From a virus (Duplodnaviria; Caudoviricetes), in IMG/VR virus record IMGVR_UViG_2928424016_000001, positions 20,398 through 84,397 of that record: a DNA stretch of 64,000 bases. One strand, written 5' to 3'. Positions 54,697 to 63,622 of this stretch are shown here, in pieces. Position 1 is the first letter of the stretch. Every line of letters begins with the position of its first letter. The notes below the pieces were generated by a model. That model searched no databases. It was not told where the DNA came from and saw only the letters and a program-made list of their open reading frames with translations. The translations under genes and the position numbers were made by a program.

Positions 54697-57600
54697 CTGT
54701 CCCTGTCCTCGCGGTCCCATTCCTCGATCCCTCTGTCGGCCGCATTACCAAAGAACTGCCGGAAGGCCTGACGATTGCCGAGATCCTCGATACCGTCATG
54801 CCGGGACTGCCCGATGAAGACTTGGCGCTCTTGCGCGTGGTTTTGGTCAGTGATCGCGGCTCTGCCGTCATCGATCGCCAGTTCTGGCATCGCGTCCGGC
54901 CCTATGCCAGCGTGCGGGTCGTCATCCGCCTTGTGCCGGGCAAGAGCGCGCTTCGCTCGGTTCTGACGGTTGTCGTTGCGATTGCCTCGGCTGCCCTTGG
55001 CCAATATTGGGCGACCGCCATGGCGCTTGGCAGTACGACGGCGACCACGGTTGTTGCGGCCGGCATCACGCTCGGTCTGACCGTACTCGGCAACCTGCTG
55101 ATCAATGCGCTGATCCCGCCCGCCAGCAACAAGAAGGACAAGCCGACTTATTTCATCAACGGCTGGCGCAATAATCTCGATCCTGATGGTGTCATCCCTG
55201 AGGTCTATGGCAAGATCCGGTTTGCTCCGCCCTTTGCCGCGACCAGCTACACCGAGATCGTCGGCGACATCCAGTATCTGCGCTCGATCTTCCTGGTCGG
55301 CTATGGCGGCGACTACGGCTTGGCTCTGTCGGACTTCTGGATCGGCGACACCAACATCAGCGAATATGACGAGCTGACCATTGAGACCCGCGAAGGCCTT
55401 GCGAGCGACGAGACCTTCAGCCTCTATTATCAGCAGGTCTTTGAGCTGTCGCTTGGCGTTGAGCTCACCCGCAACAAGCCACGCAACGACCAGGGCAAGG
55501 TCATCAGCGGTCCAGCCAAGGAAGACCCGATCGTGCGCACCACGGGTGCCGATGCATCCTCGGCATCTGTCATCATCGGCTTTCCGGCTGGCCTCGGTCG
55601 CGTCGACGACGAGGGTGAGAAGAAAAATCTGTCGGTGCAGATCCGCATTCGCCAGAAGCCTGCGAACGCGTCCGACGACGAATACGTCACAGTGACCACG
55701 ATGAAGATCACCAGTCAGAAGCTGGAGGCGTTCTATCGGCAGTACACCTGGGCATTCGCCACGCGCGGTCGCTACGACATCGAGGTCACCCGGATGACCG
55801 ACGAGCACACCAAGACCAGCTATCAGAGCCGCACGACATGGGTGGCGCTACAAACGATCCGGCCGGAATACCCGATCGATTTCCCGTATCCCTTGGCGAT
55901 GATCGCCATGCGCGTCAAAGCCACCTATCAGTTGAACGGCCAGCTCGACAATTTCAACGTCATCGCCTCCCGCCGCTGCCTGGATTGGGACGCGGACACA
56001 GGCACCTGGATCGGTCGGGAAACCCGCAATCCGGCATCGCTCTATCGCCATTGCCTGCAATCGAAGTCCAATCCGAAGCCGGTTTCTGACAGCGAGATCG
56101 ATCTGGATGCCCTGGCCGACTGGCATGAGTTCTGCACATCCAAGGGGCTCGAATACAATGCCGTCCATGACGACGATCGCACGCTGCGGGAGCGTCTGGA
56201 TGATATTGCCGGGGCAGGCCGGGCGCGAGCCAGATATGATGGCGTCAAATGGAGTGTGATTATTGATCGGCCGCAGGATCTGGTTGTCGACCATATCAAC
56301 CCGCGCAATTCGTCGAATTTCAAAGCCAGCCGTACCTATTTCGAACCGCCGCACGGGTTCCGGATCAAGTTCTTTGACGAAACCTATGACTATAAGCAGA
56401 ACGAGCGGCTAGTGCCTTGGCCCGGTCATTCGGGTGCGATCACGCTCACTGAACAGCTGGAGCTTCCGGGCAAGACCAATCCAGACGAGATCTGGATCGA
56501 AGCGCGCCGGCGCATGTACGAGGCGCTCTACCGGATCGACACCTATGAGCTTGTCCAGGATGGCCCGATCAGCGTCGCAACGCGCGGCGATCTGGTGATG
56601 ACATCCTACGACGTCCTGGAGCGCACGCAGGTTGCCGCCCGCGTCCTCGATGTCATCGGCCGCACGATCGAGCTGGACAGCGAGATCGAGATGACGGCCG
56701 GCCTAACTTATGGCCTGCGGTTTCGCCAATTCGCGGACGCCGACGACACGATCGGCAACAGTGTCCTGGCGACGCTGCTAACCGTTGCCGGCACGTCGAA
56801 AACCGTCGTCATGGCCGATTTTTCCCCTTCAGCCGTGCCTGTTGTCGGTGACCTCGTCCATGTCGGGTTGCTCTCATCGGAAAGCATTCCGATGATCGTC
56901 ACCCGAGTCGAGGCCGGCGAGGATATGTCGTCGCATCTGCGCCTGGTGAACGCTGCCACCATCATCGACGAGCTGACCGATGCGGAGACGCCACCGGCAT
57001 GGTCTGGTCGCGCCGGCGCCGATGTCGACACTCAGGTCGGCGCACCTCCCGTCCCGACAATCACATCGATCGACACGGGTCTTGTCGGAACCGAAGTCTC
57101 GGGTGGTTTGAGCGTGTCCGTCACTCCGGGCAGCGGTACCGTCGTGACGGCGGCCTATCGATTGCAGCATCGCAAGTCCGGAGCGAGCGCCTGGACACCC
57201 GTCGACTTTGGCGTCGGCGACGGTGCTGTCCTGGTGACGGGTTATGTCAACGGAGATGTTGTCGAGGTCCGCGTCGCGGCCCTGTCGGCGGCCGGCCTGA
57301 TCAGCACCTATACATCGATCGTCACCGTCACGATCGGTGAGGACGATGGAGCGACCCCTGCGTCCCTGCCAGTCGCCAATATCACGGTCACTTCTCTCCT
57401 TGGCGGTGCAACGATCGCGCTTCAGACATCGGATGACGCGGCGACGACTGCCGTCCAGATCTACTGCTCGACCAGCAGCACACTCAATACCGAAACCGAT
57501 GCGGTCGGATCGCCGATCGCCGTCGATCCCTCGCGTTCCTACACATTTGCCGTTGGCGATGCGACACGCACCAACCTGCTGTCCAGCGGCAGTTTCGATA

Positions 57601-58028
57601 GCGCCGGCAGTTGGACGCTCGGCTCCGGTTGGTCTGTCTCTTCGGGTGCCGCCGTCCATGCCTCGGGATCTGCCGGTAATCTCAGCCAGGCCGTGGGCCT
57701 CACGGCCGGGAGCACCTATCGCTTGAGCTATGATCTCACTCGCTCAGCCGGATCGATCCAGCCGACCTTGACGGGCGGCACGACGGTTTCCGGCGTCTCA
57801 AGATCGGCCAGCGCTTCGGTGCTGGAAAAGGTGGTCGCTGCGACCGGCAATACCGCGCTTGCATTCGTCGCCACAGACACCTTCGCGGGCCAGATCGATA
57901 ACGCGGTTCTCTACCTCGAAACATCCACCTGTCTGCCGCAAGGCACCAACTACCTGTGGCTTCAGCCGCAGAACGCCAACGGCGTGAGCGGACCGGTGAC
58001 CGGCCCGATTGCGATTTCGGTGAAATAG
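54693..58028 (+). CDS. host-specificity J-like central tail tip protein
   Basis: IPEVYG..R.APP, RNPA, FnIII-like and terminal CBM-like domains. Confidence 0.88.
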   Translation: MTVPVLAVPFLDPSVGRITKELPEGLTIAEILDTVMPGLPDEDLALLRVVLVSDRGSAVIDRQFWHRVRPYASVRVVIRLVPGKSALRSVLTVVVAIASAALGQYWATAMALGSTTATTVVAAGITLGLTVLGNLLINALIPPASNKKDKPTYFINGWRNNLDPDGVIPEVYGKIRFAPPFAATSYTEIVGDIQYLRSIFLVGYGGDYGLALSDFWIGDTNISEYDELTIETREGLASDETFSLYYQQVFELSLGVELTRNKPRNDQGKVISGPAKEDPIVRTTGADASSASVIIGFPAGLGRVDDEGEKKNLSVQIRIRQKPANASDDEYVTVTTMKITSQKLEAFYRQYTWAFATRGRYDIEVTRMTDEHTKTSYQSRTTWVALQTIRPEYPIDFPYPLAMIAMRVKATYQLNGQLDNFNVIASRRCLDWDADTGTWIGRETRNPASLYRHCLQSKSNPKPVSDSEIDLDALADWHEFCTSKGLEYNAVHDDDRTLRERLDDIAGAGRARARYDGVKWSVIIDRPQDLVVDHINPRNSSNFKASRTYFEPPHGFRIKFFDETYDYKQNERLVPWPGHSGAITLTEQLELPGKTNPDEIWIEARRRMYEALYRIDTYELVQDGPISVATRGDLVMTSYDVLERTQVAARVLDVIGRTIELDSEIEMTAGLTYGLRFRQFADADDTIGNSVLATLLTVAGTSKTVVMADFSPSAVPVVGDLVHVGLLSSESIPMIVTRVEAGEDMSSHLRLVNAATIIDELTDAETPPAWSGRAGADVDTQVGAPPVPTITSIDTGLVGTEVSGGLSVSVTPGSGTVVTAAYRLQHRKSGASAWTPVDFGVGDGAVLVTGYVNGDVVEVRVAALSAAGLISTYTSIVTVTIGEDDGATPASLPVANITVTSLLGGATIALQTSDDAATTAVQIYCSTSSTLNTETDAVGSPIAVDPSRSYTFAVGDATRTNLLSSGSFDSAGSWTLGSGWSVSSGAAVHASGSAGNLSQAVGLTAGSTYRLSYDLTRSAGSIQPTLTGGTTVSGVSRSASASVLEKVVAATGNTALAFVATDTFAGQIDNAVLYLETSTCLPQGTNYLWLQPQNANGVSGPVTGPIAISVK

Positions 58029-58036
58029 GAGCGACT

Positions 58037-61000
58037 ATGACGGACCTCGGCGTCAGAACCCCGAACATCACATCTGCCAGCGTGCTCGACACAGTGCTCG
58101 GCAACCGTGGTGGATCATCGCGCCAGATATCTGTCGATGATCTGAACAACCAGATGGCCGGCAGCGGCGCGATCGCTGCATCGCTCGCCTCGATCGCGGC
58201 GAAGGCGGCAGGCAAGTGGATATCCTTTGACACCCAGGCGACCATGGACGCCAATCTGGCCTACGCCGCGGACACAGAGGCGCGCGTCTACGGGACCGGT
58301 GCAGGCATCTACAAGAAGGTGGGCGATTCGGGCAGCGGTTCCTGGTCTTATGTAGGGCCACTCCCTGAAGCGGATACCACCGAACTCGGGCCGATTGTGC
58401 CGGGCGTCTTTGAGAATGTGCAAGGCCAGTTGATCCTGGCTGGCGGGGTAACGCTGTATCGCGGCGACCGCAACCGGGAACTCGGTGTGGTCATTCCGGT
58501 CGGCCAAACGGCGGCTGGTGCTGCTCTCGTCTATGATTATGCGATCGACAGGCCTCTGGCGGCCCAGCTTGCCAATCGCACTCTGCGAATTACCATGGCG
58601 TTTGATGTTTCAGGTCCGTTTACGAGGACATTCACACCGGGTCTGAACATTGCCGACCAGGCCGGGAACGTCGAGGCGAACGCCTTCACTTTGATCTCGA
58701 ACACATCGCCGTCGACTTATCGACGGATCGTGGTCATGGAAACGTCCATCCCGGCCGATACCACGACGATTGAGCCCTATGTATTGCTAGGCGGTTCGGC
58801 GGCTGCGACCGAAGAGTATGCGGTGCTGTCGGGGCTTTACCTCGCCATTGTCACGACGACATCGGATGTTGCGACGCTTGCGTCGGATAATGCCCAAAGC
58901 GGATACAAACTCGGTCTTATGGCAGGTATGCCGGATATAGGTTCGGTGTTCAACGATTGTCAGACCGTCATGTTTGTCAACAACGGCGGACAGTTTCGGG
59001 AGGATGCGTCGGGCAAGGTCATCGGTTGGACGATTCCCGCCGGATCGACGGGTCAGTATACGACACTGACCACCAAGCTGCCGCTGTCGGACGATGAGAC
59101 GAGCTTGTTGGCGTATCAGACGATTGAGGTCGTCTACTTGCTCTCAACGAGCGTGGCCTACGACGTTCCGATGACGATCGTCTTGCAGGTTGATGGTGTA
59201 TCCTATCCCAGTCAGGTCACCCGTAACCAGCGCGTTGCGCCATCGCAGCGTGTGATTTCGGTCGAGGGCGCCATCCCTGCTGATGCCAAGGTCATTCAGC
59301 CTTACATCCAGTCGACAGGGTCGGCAGCACTTGCGACTGCTCAGTGGATCGAGATCGCCGATATGAGCGTCAAGCTGACCGGGAGCCTGGACAAATCACG
59401 GCCGCCGGCGCGATTGACGGCCTACTGGTCCTCGCTGCGCAATCGGGAACGTGCGGAAACAGCCTTGGAAACAGGCGCAATTCCTGAGGCTATCAGACCG
59501 GCGAGCATTACTGTCGATCTGGCTTCAGGTGCATCGATCAGTACAGCGATCACTGCGAACCGCTCTCCGACCAAGTATCGGAGACGCCGGTTCAACCTTT
59601 CCTCCGGCACCTATGCCGGCGGTGGCCTCTTCCCCGTCATGTATGACAGCTTTGTCGGTCATGGTGCCAACCGCACTATCATTGATGGAAGCCTTGCCGC
59701 GAATACAGCACTGGCGACTATTTCCAACCAGTCCGCCTTCGAGAGCTACTACGATTGCGATTATTACGGTTTCACCGTCATCGCCAAAAACTGCCGCTAC
59801 GCGATGCACAGCGATCTTGCCTATAGCGATAAGGTCGAGGATGTCCGGCAGCGCATCAAAGGCGTTCGTCTGGTCCATCTCGGGAACCAGGAAGCCATTG
59901 ACTATCAGAACTCTATTGGTGGAGCGCCCACCGACGTCTGGGCATCGACCATGGCATTCGGAATTGGTGCATGGTCCGGTTGGGATATCCTGGTCGAGGA
60001 CAGTGAATTAGCCGGCAAGTTCGCTGCAGCAGGTTTGCACAACAATCGCGATTTCACCCGCCCGGCCCGCTGGGCGTTCAAGAATTCCAAGCTTGTCGCC
60101 GAGACAGGCACATACGCGCTGCGGATTGGCAACTTCGGTTCGAAAATCAAGTGCAGTGTCCTGCTGGAGGGGAATAGCTTCTCTGGCGACATCCTTATGG
60201 AAACCACCCAATGGTTCCAGGACACGCTCGATTACCAGCCGGCAGACCATACCGAAATCATGGTCACCGGCCATGGCAACAGTCCGGCAGTCTTCAAGGT
60301 TAGCGATTTTGGCCGCGCACTGAAGATCGAGAGTGCAGCGACGGCCGGGGCCTCGACGATTGCCGTGTCCGGCTCTGCGGTGGCCGTCCTCTTTGGGACT
60401 GTCAACAGCAAGCCTGGCTCCGGCGGCATTAAAGGGTATGTCTACGGTGACTTCGACATCTCTGGCCATGTCGTCGGCGTCAACTCGGATCAACTGATCA
60501 CGTCCCTTGGCAAGCGCCTGGGCAATTGCGCCGTCACGAACAAGATCCTGACGATCAGCGTCAATGGCGGCGTCGGCATCAATGTCGTCTTCAACGCCGA
60601 CTACACCAATGCCACAAACGCGACGATCCTCGGCATGATCAACAGTGCTCTCGGATCAGCTGCGACGGCCTCCGAATACGCGATCGGCGAGCGCTATCGT
60701 CCGATGATTGCCGACGAGGAGCAGTCTCTTCAGAATGTTTCCGCCTATGGAATCCTGATGGGTATGGCCTGCGCCTATACCTCAGATGGCTCTCGCTCGA
60801 TCCGGGCGATGACCTCAGACGATCCCGTTAGCCTGTTTGCTGGCGTCGCCTGGGAGGACATCTATCCCGGCTCTTACGGCCGCGTGAAAACGGCAGGCTT
60901 TCTGCCGATCGGCGATATCCTGCGCACCGATGCCGTCGCCCTGCAGCTTGGAACCGCATTGTCGATTGATTCGGCGGCGCCTGGTTACTTCAAGGCGGGC

Positions 61001-62026
61001 GGAGCAACTACGGTGCTGACAGCGATACGATCGGATGCGGTGCGCGTGGTGACAGCTGAGACCATGGTGGCGCTCGGCGGCAGTGTCCTTCAGGGGCCAG
61101 CCGGCGCGGGTATCCCATCGAGCGGCGGTGATAACGGTGATCTGCTAGGCTATTCCGGCGGCCAGGCTGTCTGGCGCTCACCGGCAGAGGCTCTGTCGGA
61201 CATTGGGGCTGCGCCGGTTGCCAGCCCGGCCTTCACGGGCACGCCGACCGCACCGACGCCGGCAACCGCCACCAGCACGACGCAGATTGCAACGACGGCC
61301 TTTGTTCAGGCGGTCGTGGCCGCCCTGGTCAACAGTGCGCCGGCGCAGCTCGACACCATCAACGAGCTGGCGGCAGCACTTGGCAATGACGCGAATTTCG
61401 CGACAACCGTCACCAACGCACTGGCAAACAAGCAGCCGCTCGATCCAACGCTGACCGCGCTGGCGGCTTTGACTGTGGCGGCCGACAAGCTCATCTACGC
61501 GACCGGCGCGGATGCTTTCTCGACGACTGACTTTACGTCCGTCGCGCGGACTTTGCTTTCTGCGGCAACGCAGGCGGCACAAAGAGCCGCATTGGGACTC
61601 GGCACGGCAGCTACGCAAAGCACGGGCACCAGCGGGGCAAACGTGCCCCTGTTGAACGGAACCAATACATGGACCGGCCAACAGTTGATGGCTGGATTTC
61701 CGGTCAAGCAGTCAAATTCTGGAGGCGAGGTGGCGTCTGCCAGAGGCTTCCGCCAGCTTATAGATGGCAGCGAATATCTGGCACTGTATCACGACAACAC
61801 CGCAGCACTGCTGACTATTCAGGGCACCAGTAAAGTCCAGATATCCGGTTCCATAAACAGCATGCTGCAGCCTCTGCAGATCCCGAGCTACACGGTGGCC
61901 ACCGTCCCGACAGCATCCTCTTATCCGCGCTGCATGATCTATGTCTCTGACGGAGCCTCCAGCAAGCGGCTGGCGATTTCCGATGGTAGCAACTGGCGCT
62001 TCCCGGACGGTGCGGTCATTTCTTAA
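58037..62026 (+). CDS. tail fibre/tailspike with beta-helix (depolymerase-like) domain
   Basis: G.GAN.TII, YAMHSD beta-helix-like region; SPAFTGTPTAPT...DT.NELAAALGND.NFATT fibre segment; AGGAG RBS. Confidence 0.85.
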   Translation: MTDLGVRTPNITSASVLDTVLGNRGGSSRQISVDDLNNQMAGSGAIAASLASIAAKAAGKWISFDTQATMDANLAYAADTEARVYGTGAGIYKKVGDSGSGSWSYVGPLPEADTTELGPIVPGVFENVQGQLILAGGVTLYRGDRNRELGVVIPVGQTAAGAALVYDYAIDRPLAAQLANRTLRITMAFDVSGPFTRTFTPGLNIADQAGNVEANAFTLISNTSPSTYRRIVVMETSIPADTTTIEPYVLLGGSAAATEEYAVLSGLYLAIVTTTSDVATLASDNAQSGYKLGLMAGMPDIGSVFNDCQTVMFVNNGGQFREDASGKVIGWTIPAGSTGQYTTLTTKLPLSDDETSLLAYQTIEVVYLLSTSVAYDVPMTIVLQVDGVSYPSQVTRNQRVAPSQRVISVEGAIPADAKVIQPYIQSTGSAALATAQWIEIADMSVKLTGSLDKSRPPARLTAYWSSLRNRERAETALETGAIPEAIRPASITVDLASGASISTAITANRSPTKYRRRRFNLSSGTYAGGGLFPVMYDSFVGHGANRTIIDGSLAANTALATISNQSAFESYYDCDYYGFTVIAKNCRYAMHSDLAYSDKVEDVRQRIKGVRLVHLGNQEAIDYQNSIGGAPTDVWASTMAFGIGAWSGWDILVEDSELAGKFAAAGLHNNRDFTRPARWAFKNSKLVAETGTYALRIGNFGSKIKCSVLLEGNSFSGDILMETTQWFQDTLDYQPADHTEIMVTGHGNSPAVFKVSDFGRALKIESAATAGASTIAVSGSAVAVLFGTVNSKPGSGGIKGYVYGDFDISGHVVGVNSDQLITSLGKRLGNCAVTNKILTISVNGGVGINVVFNADYTNATNATILGMINSALGSAATASEYAIGERYRPMIADEEQSLQNVSAYGILMGMACAYTSDGSRSIRAMTSDDPVSLFAGVAWEDIYPGSYGRVKTAGFLPIGDILRTDAVALQLGTALSIDSAAPGYFKAGGATTVLTAIRSDAVRVVTAETMVALGGSVLQGPAGAGIPSSGGDNGDLLGYSGGQAVWRSPAEALSDIGAAPVASPAFTGTPTAPTPATATSTTQIATTAFVQAVVAALVNSAPAQLDTINELAAALGNDANFATTVTNALANKQPLDPTLTALAALTVAADKLIYATGADAFSTTDFTSVARTLLSAATQAAQRAALGLGTAATQSTGTSGANVPLLNGTNTWTGQQLMAGFPVKQSNSGGEVASARGFRQLIDGSEYLALYHDNTAALLTIQGTSKVQISGSINSMLQPLQIPSYTVATVPTASSYPRCMIYVSDGASSKRLAISDGSNWRFPDGAVIS

Positions 62027-62045
62027 CCTTTGAAAGGGCTTCAAA

Positions 62046-62363
62046 ATGGCTTTGAAAGACGAGAAAACTCCCTACGAGATCCTTGTGCGGTTTGGTGACG
62101 ATGGGCAGCCGAAGGGTGCGCATGTATTGTATCGCCGCGTCGTCACGCTCGATGACGAGGTCCTCAAGGACGAAATCCTGGCGGCCCAGCCGCTCGACCT
62201 GGAAGGGTTTCCAACCAGCGCGATCATGACGGACGCGACGCGTGATGCTTTGGCGAAGGTGAGTAGCCAGGAGGCACAGATTGCGGCGTTGACCGAGCAA
62301 CTGGCGACGGCCAATGCGACTATCCAAGAACTTGAGGCGGCTGCGGCAGCGCTCCAAGCGTAG
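62046..62363 (+). CDS. tail fibre-associated protein
   Basis: PYEILVRF...G...GAH motif, coiled-coil end. Confidence 0.7.
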   Translation: MALKDEKTPYEILVRFGDDGQPKGAHVLYRRVVTLDDEVLKDEILAAQPLDLEGFPTSAIMTDATRDALAKVSSQEAQIAALTEQLATANATIQELEAAAAALQA

Positions 62364-62372
62364 CTTGGTAGC

Positions 62373-62394
62373 CTGGGTGCTGCAGAGCACCCAG
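62373..62394 (+). other. GGGTGCT hairpin resembling part of A's methyltransferase leader
   Basis: CTGGGTGCT-GCAG-AGCACCCAG perfect 9-bp stem. Confidence 0.5.
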
Positions 62395-62431
62395 AGGCAG
62401 GTTAAAAGTTAATTTTTACAAGGAAAAAATT

Positions 62432-62620
62432 ATGATGGACCGTATCAACCGTGCTTCTATCCGTTGCGAGATTCGTACTCTTGCACAGCAGCCTCTATCT
62501 GATCGGCAGCGGCTCGAAGTGCTGGAGCGAGATTTCGAGCGGCTATTGATTCGATTTCTCGATATGGAACGGCGTCTGTTTCTGAAAGAACAACGTCTTC
62601 CCAATGGAAGATGTTCGTGA
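62432..62620 (+). CDS. 62-aa hypothetical protein
   Basis: AAGGA RBS; helical; overlaps antisense ORF. Confidence 0.4.
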   Translation: MMDRINRASIRCEIRTLAQQPLSDRQRLEVLERDFERLLIRFLDMERRLFLKEQRLPNGRCS

Positions 62621-62810
62621 ATGGAATTCCATCGGCCTCCATGTCGACAGTTACCATGAACGTCGCCTTAAAATGAGCATCTACTCCCGAACTTCCAGGG
62701 TTGTTGATAGTCAAGTTACCAGTTGTTTTAGAGCTTGGGGGCACGGCTGGCACCGCACCTACGAACACGATATTCCCGTTGTTTAGAGAAACTCCAGTTA
62801 TCTTCGACAT
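62457..62810 (-). CDS. 117-aa hypothetical cargo protein
   Basis: GAGGGA RBS; low GC. Confidence 0.55.
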   Translation of the reverse strand: MSKITGVSLNNGNIVFVGAVPAVPPSSKTTGNLTINNPGSSGVDAHFKATFMVTVDMEADGIPFTNIFHWEDVVLSETDAVPYREIESIAARNLAPALRAAADQIEAAVQEYESRNG

Positions 62811-63050
62811 GATTCCCTCTCAGATTGTGCGGCCATCACTATCCAAAGTTTTTAAGAATGAGTCGAGTCTGGTTGCAGCCTGCCGCTTAATAGATAAATT
62901 GAGTTGTGGCCACTGAGTTCACTTTGAGTGGGTGGAAATGCCATCTGCTGCAAAACGACCGAGCTCAACATGTGGGAACAAAGGTGTAGGAAATGCCTCA
63001 ATTGGAATGGGGCTGGCGGTCTTCCCCAAAAGTGATCTGGATGAAACGTA

Positions 63051-63482
63051 ATGTCTGAAACTCTGTCTGATCAGCTTGTTATTGCCGAATACAATACACT
63101 CAGATCTGAAATTCTACTGCGGTTCCAATCTTGGTGTACCTGTGTGCAATTCGGGTTTACGACGCCAGCAGTAGGTATTTTTTTTCTGATGAAAGAGGAG
63201 GAGGTTTCATCTGTCGTCTGGCTTGCGCTCGCGTTTTTGATAATTGTGATCTGCTGTCTAGCCCATATTATGGAAGCTTCCATTCATGATATAGCCTGCC
63301 AAATTGCGGCAATTGAGCAACGATATCGGGCATCTGGAGTGCAGGGTTGGGAAACCCAGCAGGTGCAAAAAAGGCAGGTAAGGCAGGCTGGACTAGGATC
63401 GCTTCAGAAGGTTCTCGTCTACACATTCCCTTTGTTTTGCGCTGCGTATTGTCTGCATCGGATTGTTCTCCCGCTCTCTTGA
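63051..63482 (+). CDS. multi-TM membrane cargo protein
   Basis: EYNTLRSEI N-terminus, three hydrophobic segments; low GC. Confidence 0.7.
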   Translation: MSETLSDQLVIAEYNTLRSEILLRFQSWCTCVQFGFTTPAVGIFFLMKEEEVSSVVWLALAFLIIVICCLAHIMEASIHDIACQIAAIEQRYRASGVQGWETQQVQKRQVRQAGLGSLQKVLVYTFPLFCAAYCLHRIVLPLS

Positions 63483-63622
63483 GGGAATGAGCCGGGCTGT
63501 GGTGCTGTGGACGAAATTTCGTTGTGTGTTACTCCGCTTCATCGGCGAGCATTCTCGGGGACAATTAAAAGGTTTTTGCATTATGCCTCGGTTTCATCCG
63601 GGGCGTTTTTGTTGGAGGGCAA

